Source: Chrysemys picta bellii
Lineage: Eukaryota
Assembly (NCBI RefSeq): GCF_011386835.1
Contig: NC_088810.1
Span: forward strand, 10,354,001 to 10,418,000
Direction: 5' to 3'
DNA length: 64,000 nt
In this document: piece after piece, positions 1 to 10,100 of the stretch
Layout: each line of letters starts with the position of its first letter
How positions within the stretch are numbered: the first letter of the stretch is position 1
Made by a program: the position numbers and the translations under genes
The notes under the pieces: generated by a model
Databases searched by the model: none
Seen by the model: the letters and a program-made list of their open reading frames with translations, nothing else
Told to the model about the DNA's origin: nothing

Positions 1-50
1 TGGGACATCTGGTCACCCTAGCACACCCCCAGGGAGTGGCAGGGACCCAC

Positions 51-638
51 TAGGGTGACCAGATGACAGGAAGAAAATATCAGGACACAAGGGGTGGGGT
101 AACCAGTGGAGCAAAAAAAATCAAAAACTGAGTGCTGCCGGTGTAACGACACAAACAGCTCCCTCTCCCAATTCTCTACTGTGGCCCAGTGCTGCTGGCA
201 GTTGGGGTGGGGAGGAAGCCGAGAACAGCTGAGTGCTGCGGGCAGAGGAGATTATGCACCCTCCCTTAGCTATGCATACCTTCGAGGGTGACCAGATGTC
301 CCGATTTTATAGGGACAGTCCTGATTTTTGGATCTTTTCCTTATATAGGCTCCTATTACTCCGCACCCCCCGTCCCGATTTTTCACACTTGCTGTCTGGT
401 CACCCTAATACCTTCAGCCTCTGGTTTTCAGGAGAGGGGGGAAAAAACCAACCGAGAACAGCTGAGTGCTGCCAGCGGTCAGAGGAGACGAAAAAAAAAA
501 AAAAGCCGAGAACAGCCGGCGGAGGGGGAAAAAAAAAAAAGCGGAGTGCAGCATCCCGACCGAAGATCAATCGGGATGCGGGACAAATACCTAAATATCA
601 GGACGGTCCCGATTTTATCGGGACGTCTGGTCACTCTA
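51..638. mobile_element. Non-autonomous hAT-type MITE (TAGGGTGACC TIR family)
   Basis: TIRs tagggtgacc (51) and ggtcactcta (638); exact 8-bp TSD GGACCCAC at 43-50 and 639-646; 8-bp TSDs are typical of hAT. Confidence 0.85.
284..407. mobile_element. 124-bp hAT MITE nested inside the 51-638 element
   Basis: gagggtgacc...ggtcacccta; exact TSD ATACCTTC at 276-283 and 408-415; same length and family as 53645-53768. Confidence 0.85.
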
Positions 639-705
639 GGACCCACACATGTGAAACAGAGCTCATTTCTAGTTCAGTCCCATCTTTTCAAAAAAGAACT
701 TTAGG

Positions 706-801
706 TAGGGTTAACATACATCCGTATTTTTCCAGACATGTCAGGCTTTTTGGTTCTTAAATCGCCGTCCGGGAGGAAAATACGGATGTATGGTAACCCT
801 A
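706..801. mobile_element. Short hAT-like MITE (TAGGGTTA/TAACCCTA termini)
   Basis: Inverted termini tagggttaacatacatccgta / tacggatgtatggtaacccta; similar ends at 24188 and 24698; no clean TSD. Confidence 0.6.
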
Positions 802-2260
802 TTGGTACAAAATATACATACTATGGCACATCTCTTAAATCAGAGCTTTTTATAGGGATCCGGTTGCTAAGAAATGAAAGGCTTTTTTTTACATTTTTTT
901 TTAAGTCATCCCTGCCGGGGCCCTGCCGAAAATGTTCGAATTGGGCCCCGCACTTCCTAAAGCCGGCCCTGCAGCTAGGCACCGGGGTGGAGTGTGCCAG
1001 CGAGGCCCAGACAGATGCGGCTGAGTGAGCTGATCTCCGGCCTGGGCAGCCGTAGGGAAGCCACTGGGGGCTTCAGTGCCATTGACTGCAGGGATAACGC
1101 CGACATGCTTCATTTAGTGCTCCTGACAGTAAGTCCAGTGATTCGCTGTCACTTTGTGAGGGTGGGAGTGGGGTTGTCACAGCTGTAAATATTTTCAAAG
1201 GGGGCCCAGCCCTAAACGTTGGAGAACCCCTGCTCTAGAATGGGTTTTAAACCACCAGACGCCCTTTAGGACAGTAACATTTTCCATCTAGTTCCCTAGG
1301 CCGGAGCGTCTCAGCTCACCATCGTCCCAGAATCCCCCTCCTACCTAGTCTCGGATTCAGGTACGATGCCCTGAATTTAAACACCTGACAGACTCTAGCA
1401 ATTGTTGGGGAAGTTACTGTCTTTGAGCTCCGCTCTAGCTCAACTCCCAGATCTGGGCTGGAGCAGAAAACCCTGAGGTAGGTTCTCCAGCCGGGGCCGG
1501 ACACAGAGTTGGTCGGAAAGCTTTTGATAGAACCGTTTTCCATTGGAAAAGGCCGTTTTGTCAAAATTAAAATCTTTGGTGGGGACGTGTTGGTTTTGGA
1601 TGGGAAAAGTCTAAATGAATTATTTTGACATTCTCATTCTGGGCGCTATTCCTGGCCTTCTGGCTGAGTCCCTTTCTGTGACTCAGTTTCCTCCTGTGTA
1701 CAATTGAGGTATTGATACTGACCTTTCTGAGGCGCTTTGAGATCTACAGATGAAAAACACCATCTAGAGGGGAAGGATGGCCCAGTGGTTGTTGGGCACT
1801 AGTCTGTGACTTGGGAAACTCAGGCAATTCTCTGCTACACAACAGACTTCCTGTATGGGCTGGGGCAAGTCACTTTAGGCACCTAGCTTCCCTTGAAATC
1901 AGTGATGTTGCCTGAGTCTGCAGAGAGCCTGAGCCAATTGCTCTGAAATCAATGCAAGTTACGTGCTTAAATACCTGTGAATTTCTAGGCCTCAATTTCC
2001 CCATCTGTAGAATGGGGATAATAGCCCTGCCCTATCCCCAGATGTGGTGGAAGGATAAAGACATTAATGAAGCCAGAAGCGCTTTGAGCTCTACTAATGA
2101 AAAGCACTGTGTAAGAGCTAGAGATCATTTATTGTGCTGGCTTTAATGGCGCTGGGCTAAGTCACGCTAGATGGGAGCTGATCCCCACGGCCTTATTTTT
2201 ACAAGTAATGGTAACTTGCAGCTTGGTCTGGAGTCGTCTGAGCGGCTGATTCTCCTCCGG

Positions 2261-2926
2261 CTATGGCAGCATGCAGGTGATCTTCATGATGGTTTTGGAA
2301 TACTCATGGGAGGCTGGCTTGAACTCGTCCACCAGCGGCTGAAGCTCCCGAATCACTGTCTCCAGTTGGTCTCTCTCTATGCCGCCCAGGATCGCGCTGA
2401 AAATCAAGTCGACACCCACACCCAGGAGTGCACCAACAAATATGGCGCCGACAATGGAGGAACCGACCTTGACCACGAGCGTCATCATTTTGCTCATGAC
2501 GCTGGTCGTCACCTTCGATGACACCAGCTTGATTAGGATCCCCAACGCTAACCCAGTGAAGCCGCTCACCCCCTTGGCCCAATTGTGGAGAATCTGCATC
2601 TTCTTGGCATCAGGCTCCTGGAAATCGTGAAGCTTTCGGTAGAGATCTGGCTCCAGTTCGCTCTTCAACCTTGCATCGATGGCCTGCAGCGTGTCTTGGA
2701 TGGACTGTATGGCTGCGAGGAGTACGTCGCAGTTCTCCCGGACGGTGCCGTTCTTGTTCATCTTAATGGGGTGCAACTCGCAGTGACAGTGTGTGTTTAA
2801 GGCTTTAATCAGATCGTTGGTGGTATCAAAATTGAGCTCTATGCAGTTGATCAGGTCCTGGTGTAACCGCACCACCTCCTCCCGCCTCGCTGGGTTGCCA
2901 GGGTACAGGATATCGCTCCAGGACAT
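2261..2926 (-). CDS. SMCO3: SMCO3-like protein A (221 aa), single coding exon
   Basis: Intact ORF. MSWSDILYPGNPARREEVVRLHQ..LN.H...GTVRENCD...LEPDLYRKL matches the recalled SMCO3 pattern ([20 protein letters not shown]...GTIKENCD...LEPTLYRKL). Acceptor cctctcctggcAG at 2938-2939, 11 nt before ATG; AATAAA at 2128-2133 (-). A paralog, not necessarily the SMCO3 ortholog. Confidence 0.88.
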   Translation of the reverse strand: MSWSDILYPGNPARREEVVRLHQDLINCIELNFDTTNDLIKALNTHCHCELHPIKMNKNGTVRENCDVLLAAIQSIQDTLQAIDARLKSELEPDLYRKLHDFQEPDAKKMQILHNWAKGVSGFTGLALGILIKLVSSKVTTSVMSKMMTLVVKVGSSIVGAIFVGALLGVGVDLIFSAILGGIERDQLETVIRELQPLVDEFKPASHEYSKTIMKITCMLP

Positions 2927-4177
2927 TCTCGAGAGAGCTGCCAGGAGAGGAAGAGGAAGGAGGCGTTAGTAACCCTCCCCACTGCACACACACCCCCGTG
3001 CAAATCACAGACTTAGCCAGTGCAGAGACTCAGCTGCCATTAAAACAAAAAAGTCTCCAGGGCTCCGATCCCCAAAGGTCTTTAGGTGCCTAATTCCCGT
3101 CAGTCCGTGGGAGTTCTGCGCCTAAACACCTTGGAGGTTCTAGGGAGGAAGGACTCGGCCAGTGGGTCCCGCACCCCCGAAAGCGTCACACCCCAAACCA
3201 CGGGGTCTCGGGAGGAAAGTGCCGCGAGGACCCAGCCAGAGCCTCCAGCTGGGAGAGGGAGAATCCGCCCAGCAACCTCGGGGCTCTCAGCCCCGCTCCC
3301 CAACAGACCCTCAATGGCCAGAGATCCCCCTCGCCCCCGCAGTGCCCCAGCTACTGCCCCAGACACCCCCACTTCTCCCCCCACGTTACCTCCCCACATT
3401 CCCCCGATCTCTGTCCCAGCACCCACCCCCTGCACCCCAACACCTTCCAGCACCCCGAACCATCCACCCAGGAGCGCGGCAGCATCCCCCATCTACCCGG
3501 CCACCTCCTGCCCCAGCCGCGGAGCTGCCCAGTTCCCGGCAGTTGCATGACTTGCTCCCTCCCCCCTGCTGCCCGGGGGGCCCAGCTGTGGGGCAGAAGC
3601 TGCCGTTTCTGGCTGTCTGCAGATTAGCCCATGAAGTAATTTGCTCAAAACGCCAGGCCTGGAGCTGGTCGCAGCTGGGCAGCTTTGTTCTGGCTTCAAG
3701 GGGCACCTGGGGATAGTTTCATTTTTTGCCTCCTCCCCAGAGCTGGGCGCAGTCTCTAGTCAGGGTCTCCCGCTATCCGGAGGGGATCCCACCTCCCGGC
3801 TCCCACTCGCTATTCACCCGTTTCCCCAGCCCAGGGTCGCGCTCACCCGCTTGGCCACAGCATCCCCTGGGGCGCTCACGGGCAGCTGGTTCCACAGGAC
3901 ACCTGGGTCCTTCCCAGAGCTGCAGCTCGCCAGGGTCCCACTTTGGAAAGCAGAACTCCCTCCCCCGCATCGGTTACAGACAGGGCAGCTCCCCCCTCTC
4001 ACAGCGACCCCCCCCCAGTCTGTGGGTGACCGATGTTCTTTGTCCCTAGACATGGCACCTTGCCAGGGGCTGCATGAATCCCCTGTTGTTGGAGGAGCCC
4101 AGTTCGCCAAGCGATCCGGGGGCTCTCACTGCACGACCCCTGCTCCGATTCGTGTCTCCGCCGATGGGGCGAGTTAC

Positions 4178-4324
4178 CTGCTCGCTGGGCGGGGGGGAAG
4201 CCGAGGGGCCGTTCGCCTGGGCAGAGGTCAGCTCGGGTCCGCGGGCAGCAGCCTGGGCTCTCCGGAGAGGATCCCTTTGCTGTGACGCTCCCCGCACGCC
4301 GGAGCAGGGACTCTCGCCTTTATA
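4178..4324 (-). promoter_or_regulatory. TATA box and non-coding exon 1 of gene A
   Basis: TATAAA at 4319-4324 (-); donor CAG|GTAACT with the intron starting at 4177; both conserved in the mirror copy (51186, 51333). Confidence 0.7.
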
Positions 4325-4752
4325 GGAGGCTGGTCCTTGCTGTCACTTCCCAGTCAGCCGCCGAGATCCCATTGGCAGACCCGGAGCCAGCTGTGGTCAG
4401 GAGCGCGGTGCCAGTGGATGTCACATGGGCCTTCAAGTGGCTGCTTCGTGCCTGCGGCTTCCAGTTCCCCGCGTGGTTTCCAGGAACTCGAGTCTGGCTG
4501 GTTTCCAAGCCCCCGTTTGCGCCTCAGTCACGAGGGGCAGAAAGATCCAGGATCGAATCAATCCATGAGCCCGGCCGGGCCCCCGCTGCGAGCGCCTCCT
4601 GCTGGCAGTGCCCGGGGGAATTGCTACCCCGCCCTTTGGCTTGTGCCAACTTCCCCTTTCTCCCCTAACGGGAGCTTTATAAGGAGAGGCGGAGAGCCGG
4701 TGTCGTTCGCTCCTTCGCCCACCGGGACAGCAACCGCGCCGAGGAGCTACAG
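4325..4752. promoter_or_regulatory. Bidirectional promoter between genes A and B, plus non-coding exon 1 of gene B
   Basis: GAS consensus TTCCAGGAA at 4478-4486; ATTGG near 4372; TTTATAA at 4676-4682 (+); donor CAG|GTGAGA at 4753; CpG-rich. Confidence 0.6.
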
Positions 4753-6361
4753 GTGAGAGCCCCCGACCCCACCGATCGGGTCGGAATCGACGCGGGATAC
4801 GGCTCGGGGCTGAGTCCTTTCGCTTCGGCCTTTATACGCCACCAAACAGCCCTTTAAATCCCGTCCCCCGGGATACAGACCAGCTGCGCGCAGCCGGCGC
4901 ATTGCACCCTTAGCCACAAGAACCTGCTTCCAGCGGGGGGGGGGGGGGGGGGGGGACGGACGCAAACTTTTATGGCTGGGCCGGGCCCCCTTTGAAAATA
5001 GTTCAGGCTCTGACGACCCCACCACATGCCCCACAAGTGTTAGCAAATCACTGGGCAGAGAGGAGAACTGAGTGAAGCCTCTAATCGCCATCCCTGCATC
5101 AACGGCGCTGAAGCCCCAGTGGGCATCGCTGGCGCCCTCCACCCCGGTGCCTGCCTGCTCTCTTCGGCTGGGCTGGTAGGAGCCTGCATTGGCTTCAGCT
5201 CTGTCCTCGTCTCTCTGCCCGGGTGCAAACTCTCCTCCTACGGCCCTGCTTCGCACTTCCGCTGCTGAGCTGCAATACAATGAAACCTCGTCCTGCCCGA
5301 GCTGTGGGGTGCTGCTGCCCGTGCCCCTGTGCTGCTGCCGGCGGCGGCACTGCCCCCAGAGCTGGGCGGCTGGAGAGCTGAAACCCCTCCCCGGCAGAGT
5401 CCTCGAAATATGGTACCTCTAGAGCTCGTGATCCCCCTACAACAGCCTCGCACCCCCTTCTGGGGCCGGCCCCCTAGTTTCAGAAACACTGACTGGGGAG
5501 TTTCCGAAATGATCTTCTTCAGCGGGCACAGATCACTTCCACCCGGCGTCATCACTGATCCACACCCACGCATCCAGCTGCTGCCCCAGTCTTGGGGACC
5601 CTGGGGACCCTCTCCGGGTGCAGCCCTGCCGAGAGCTGGAACCCCCAGCCAGCCGCCGGCCCCCGGGGTGCAATGCAGCCCTTGAGGGTATGTCTGCACT
5701 GCAACTAAACCCCTGTGGCTGGCCTGCCGGGCTGCAGACTAGCAGTGTAGACGTGCAGGCTTGGACTGGAGCCCAGGTGGTGGGACTGTGCCTGGGGGGT
5801 TGGTCCCAGAGCCCGGGCTCCAGCCTGAACCCAGATGTCTGCATGGCAATTTTTAGCACCCCAGCCTGAGTCAGACCAGATGCCGCTGTTCCACGGGGCT
5901 TTTAGTCCAGTGTCGACGGACCTGAGACTCCCCCGTCACTTCGACACTCCCTGTCCCCGGACTCCACCCCAATGGCGCGCTGCCTCTGGTTCGCAGTGTC
6001 GCTCTCTTGGGGCCCGCAGTAGCTGCAAAGTGGGTAACGGACTGACGTGCTTTGCACACCCCATCTAGCACAGCAGTGCCCCTGTACCTCACCACCGCCA
6101 TTCTGGCTCTCCTCATTAGCCATATAAACGTCAGATCCCTTTCTGGGTCTTGCTAGACTCTCTGCATCAGCAAGATCATGAGGCCGTGAGTTCCACAGGT
6201 AACTCCCAGGGTTGTTGTGAAATAGCATTCCCTCTACTCCATTTCATAGGGGCTCCCTGTCGGTTCCATTGCACATCCCCTTGGCCTTGTGCTGGGGATC
6301 CTGGAGGGGAAACTCTTTAAGCTCCTCACCTGCGCTCTCTGCTTTGTTTCCCAGCCTCGTG

Positions 6362-7195
6362 ATGCTGTCCCTGTTCTCCGGCACAGAGAGCGAAAGAGAG
6401 AGGCTCGTGCGCGCCAGCCAGTCCCTGCTCAACTCCCTGGAAGGATGCATCTCAGGCACCCACGCTCTGCTCCGCATCCTCAACCAGCACCTTGACACCA
6501 GCGTGTCCCTGGAACCAGTGGGGGGCAGCGTCGGCGTGGGGGAGAACTTGGAGCGCCTGCTGCGGGCGGCGTGGGAGATACACGCCGCAGCAGAGCAGAC
6601 GGACAGACACGTGCGGAAGAACACCAGCCGGGACCTGTACGCCCGCATGGCCTCCCCCCACACCTCACTGCAGGAGAAGGGGGCCATCGTCCGGGACTTC
6701 CACCAGGCCACCATGGGGATCTTCGGCAGCGTGGGTGGCCCCATGGTGGCCGTGCTACTGCAGAACGCCGGCCTCCCGGAGCGGCTGGAGGCGGCTCTGC
6801 GGGAGTTGGAGGCCTCCCCGGTCCTGCACCTGCCGATGGACGCCCTGCGCCAGAGCAGCAAGGAGATCGCCAGGGCTGTGTCCGCTTGTGCCACCCCTGG
6901 GGGCCCAACTGTGGAAACGGCTGCAGAGCCCCCCGAGAATGGCCCCTTCTCTGGGACCGGCGTGGTGCAGAGTCTGGGCGAATACCTGCCCGATGTCCTC
7001 ACGGGGCGTCGTGCTAGGAACGCCCTGGCAGCGGCCGCTGGGCACCTGGAGGAGGCGCTTCGGGCACTGGCACCGGCCTGCAAGTCTTTCCAGTTGGCGG
7101 CTGCCGCGGCTGAGGTCTACATGGCCCTGATCACGGAGCAGCAGCCGGGAACGGGAGAGGGGCCGGGCCAGAATCCTGCCGGCGTCGCCCATTGA
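6362..7195 (+). CDS. Divergent SMCO3-family protein B (277 aa), single coding exon
   Basis: Intact ORF; acceptor tttgtttcccAG at 6353-6354, 7 nt before ATG; AATAAA at 7329-7334. ERERLVRASQSLLNSL..T..LLRILNQHL...GENL..LL.A..EI...TD......DLY aligns to the N-terminal helices of gene A. An intact paralog is at 45306-46139. Confidence 0.8.
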   Translation: MLSLFSGTESERERLVRASQSLLNSLEGCISGTHALLRILNQHLDTSVSLEPVGGSVGVGENLERLLRAAWEIHAAAEQTDRHVRKNTSRDLYARMASPHTSLQEKGAIVRDFHQATMGIFGSVGGPMVAVLLQNAGLPERLEAALRELEASPVLHLPMDALRQSSKEIARAVSACATPGGPTVETAAEPPENGPFSGTGVVQSLGEYLPDVLTGRRARNALAAAAGHLEEALRALAPACKSFQLAAAAAEVYMALITEQQPGTGEGPGQNPAGVAH

Positions 7196-10100
7196 TCCAT
7201 GCAGGCAGAGCCGTGACAGCGCCCCCTCACCACAGCTCACGCACGGGCAGGCTTTGCCCCGGGCTCTGCGCTGGTTAACGAGCCCGGCAGAGCCCAGCAT
7301 GTGGGGCTGGCAGCCGGGAACCGCAGCTAATAAAGGGAACTGAGCAAAACCCCAGGCCTGAGTCTTACTGGTTTGTCCCGGGTGGCGTGCTGGCCCAAGG
7401 GCCTTAGAACGAGACTCCCCACCCGGCCCCTGGGGAAAATCAGGAGTAACTTGGGGAGAGGGGGGAGCAATGGGGCCAATTCCCCTCTCTGATGTAAATC
7501 AGGAGTAACTCCATTGATGTCAAAGGGCCAATTCCCTTTCACTCTGGTGTAAATCAGGTGTAACTCGGTGGGGGGGAGGGATCAATAACCTGAACCACAA
7601 ACGAACTGGTTACGGTTATTTTTCCTGCAATTTTTTTGTGTGGGGGCGTTTGCTGAAAAAACAAAATAATAAAAAAATCCATTTTCAAAACCCTTTTCTG
7701 GTAAAAATAAAAACCCAGGTGGTGGTTTGGGTTGAAAGTTTGTGGTTTCGGTTTTTTAAAAACTTCCTTTAAAAAAAAAAAAAAAAAGAATTGAAAACCT
7801 GATTTTTCTTTGTTACTTCAAAACTGACACGTTGGTCCCAGCTTTGGTTCCAGGGTTTTCCCGGGTTTTGCAAACTGCCTCATTTCATGTGCAAACAGGG
7901 AGCCCAGATCCCCCGATATCAGGGGCTTTGTCTGGGAACCCCCAGACCGGGCAGGACGCGGGGTGGCCAGGGCTGGGTGTGAGTCAGAGCTCATTCCCCA
8001 GCGGGCTCTCAGGTCTGGGCGTTGACCCGGCCCGTGGTACTTTGGGCTGGGCTGGGCCAGAACCCACCCGCCCGCAGGGCCCCAGGGTGCAGCAGGGGGC
8101 TCCGGAGTCGCACTGCAGTGGAACCAGCAGCAGGGAACAGATGCTGGGGTCAGGGAGCCACAGGTCCGGTGCTCTGGGACAGTCGCTGGGGGGGCTGTAC
8201 AGGGGCCAGCCCCCCCTTAGGGTCTCACTCTGTCGCCAGGGGAAGCCACTTGGCTTCACCACCTCCTGGGACCCTACCTCGGTGCTTGCAGTCCCCTCCC
8301 TGCAGCGACTCCACCTGAGACGGACTTCTAAGGGAGACGTGTACCCCCAAAGGGGGCACTGCCCCCAGCATCTGCTGGGGCTCCCAGCCGGTGGGGGAAG
8401 GGCAGGCGGGTTTGTTAGGTGGCTGCACCCAGCATGGCCTGTCCTCAGTCAACCAGAGAGCCGGAAGCTACAGCCTGGTCCATGGGCAGCTCCGGGCCCC
8501 AGCCAAATATGTCCGACCTTGGCTCCCGCTCTTCCAGCTGGCTTCCTGCAAGGGGTGGGGGGGAGTCACCCTGGGCGTTAGTTGCTAGATCGGCAATGTC
8601 CCGGCAGGTTGGCTTTGCCATTGTCTTCATGGACTCGCCAGCGTCACGGGCCCCAAATCAAGACAGGCAGGATCAGCCGCCCCTGGGTGGTAGCTTGCCC
8701 TAGAGAAAACAGCCCTTTCCAGCCCACAGGGGCCAGCGTGGCACATAGGGGAAACTGAGGCACAGACAGTCTTCATACAAAATAATGCAGACACTTCCCA
8801 CTGCGCTACTCTGTGCAGGTGCAACCTGAGACTCACAGGAAACGCATGTGAGCAGAGCTCCCACGACTGCCAGCTGGCATGGACATAGCCACGGGACTCA
8901 GTAACTCCCCTGCCCCCATGTATCTTGGGTGTGGGGCAACACGCGCGCACACACACACACACAGAGCAGGGCTCATCCCCTCCAGCAGACACACATGCAC
9001 ACACACATACAGCACCTCTATGTCCAAGGGGTTCCTACGTGCATCAGATAAGCCCCCAACCCCCCCTCCCTCCCAGAGATTCCCTCATGTGACTGGGGTA
9101 TGTGCCCCAGCCTAAGTGGTGTCTAATGGTTAGAGCAGTGGGGGCTGGGAGCCAGGACACCTGGGTTCTGTCCTGGCTCTGGGAGGGGAGGGGAGTGGGG
9201 TCTAATGCTTAGAATACGGGACTGTGCACCAAGACTCACTGCAGCCGGAGGGTTTTTGGCAGTTCTGCCAGGGTCATTACACGTTTGCAGGCCCATCTTC
9301 CAGTCCCTGCCCGGCCCACTCGCCCTATCGGGTGGCAATGAGGAGGCACCGGGCACCTGATGGTTGGGGGAGAGGAGAGGGGAGGAGATCGGAGGCCCAG
9401 GATCAGGACCCAAGCCCAAGTTTCCACCTCTGGCTTGTTGGCTCTGGGCCAGGGCCCAGCCTCTCACCTACATTCCCTGCCATTCCCCTGCACTGGACCC
9501 ACAGCTTGAAGTCTTGGGATTCCCCAGCCTGGCCCCAGGTGCTCCGTACGCTGGCTGGAGTCACTCTGGGGTAAATCAGGAGTAAAGCCATGGGGACCGA
9601 TTCCTTTCGCCCTCACCTGGGGGTAAATCATTTCTGTAGTTCTTCTCAGAACCCTCCCCAATTGTCGAATGTCCTGTTTGACATGTGGCTCCCCCGCCCA
9701 CCCCAGAGCTGGGCGTGGTTTCCAGTCAGGGTCTCCCCCATGCTGTATCCAGAGGGGACCCCACCTCCCAGCTCCTACTCTCTAATCCCCTGCTTCTCCA
9801 GCCCAGGGCCGTGCTCCTCCTCTCACCCAGGGAGCTCTGGTCCAGTGGGTTCCACCAGGATCTCTGGGTCCTTCCCGCATTGCTGCCTTCCAGGGTGCAG
9901 CCCCCCACCATGTAACTCCTACCAATATCAGTTGTGTCCCTCTCTTAGCCAGTGTACTGGGCGCTCATGGTGGGTTGATTCTCCTTGAAAATCTACCGAT
10001 TTGTCCCATGTCACAAGAGGAGTCCGTGGTGGATTCGAACCCAGATCTCCAAATGGAGGCTGGCCATTATCAAAGAGTCTGTAGCACAAGTAGGGATATT

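Noticed and set aside
5040-5420. Direct similarity to 57860-58300 as an extra duplication arm
   Set aside because: Better explained as another copy of an interspersed hAT-like repeat (CAGGGG..CTC terminus at 1231/57773)
6090-6240. ATATAAA plus CAG|GTAACT looking like an alternative promoter/exon for B
   Set aside because: The segment looks like an antisense CR1 3' fragment, and the donor is not preserved in the right arm
6269-6361. Longer N-termini given by the ORF track for B (308 aa) and B' (343 aa, from 46337)
   Set aside because: The extensions differ between paralogs and contain the polypyrimidine tract and AG acceptor, so they are intronic; the shared start is MLSLFSG
6244-7083. Long antisense and alternative-frame ORFs over B and B' (e.g. 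279 aa, 303 aa at 44925-45836)
   Set aside because: Shadows of GC-rich coding sequence; not conserved in length between arms
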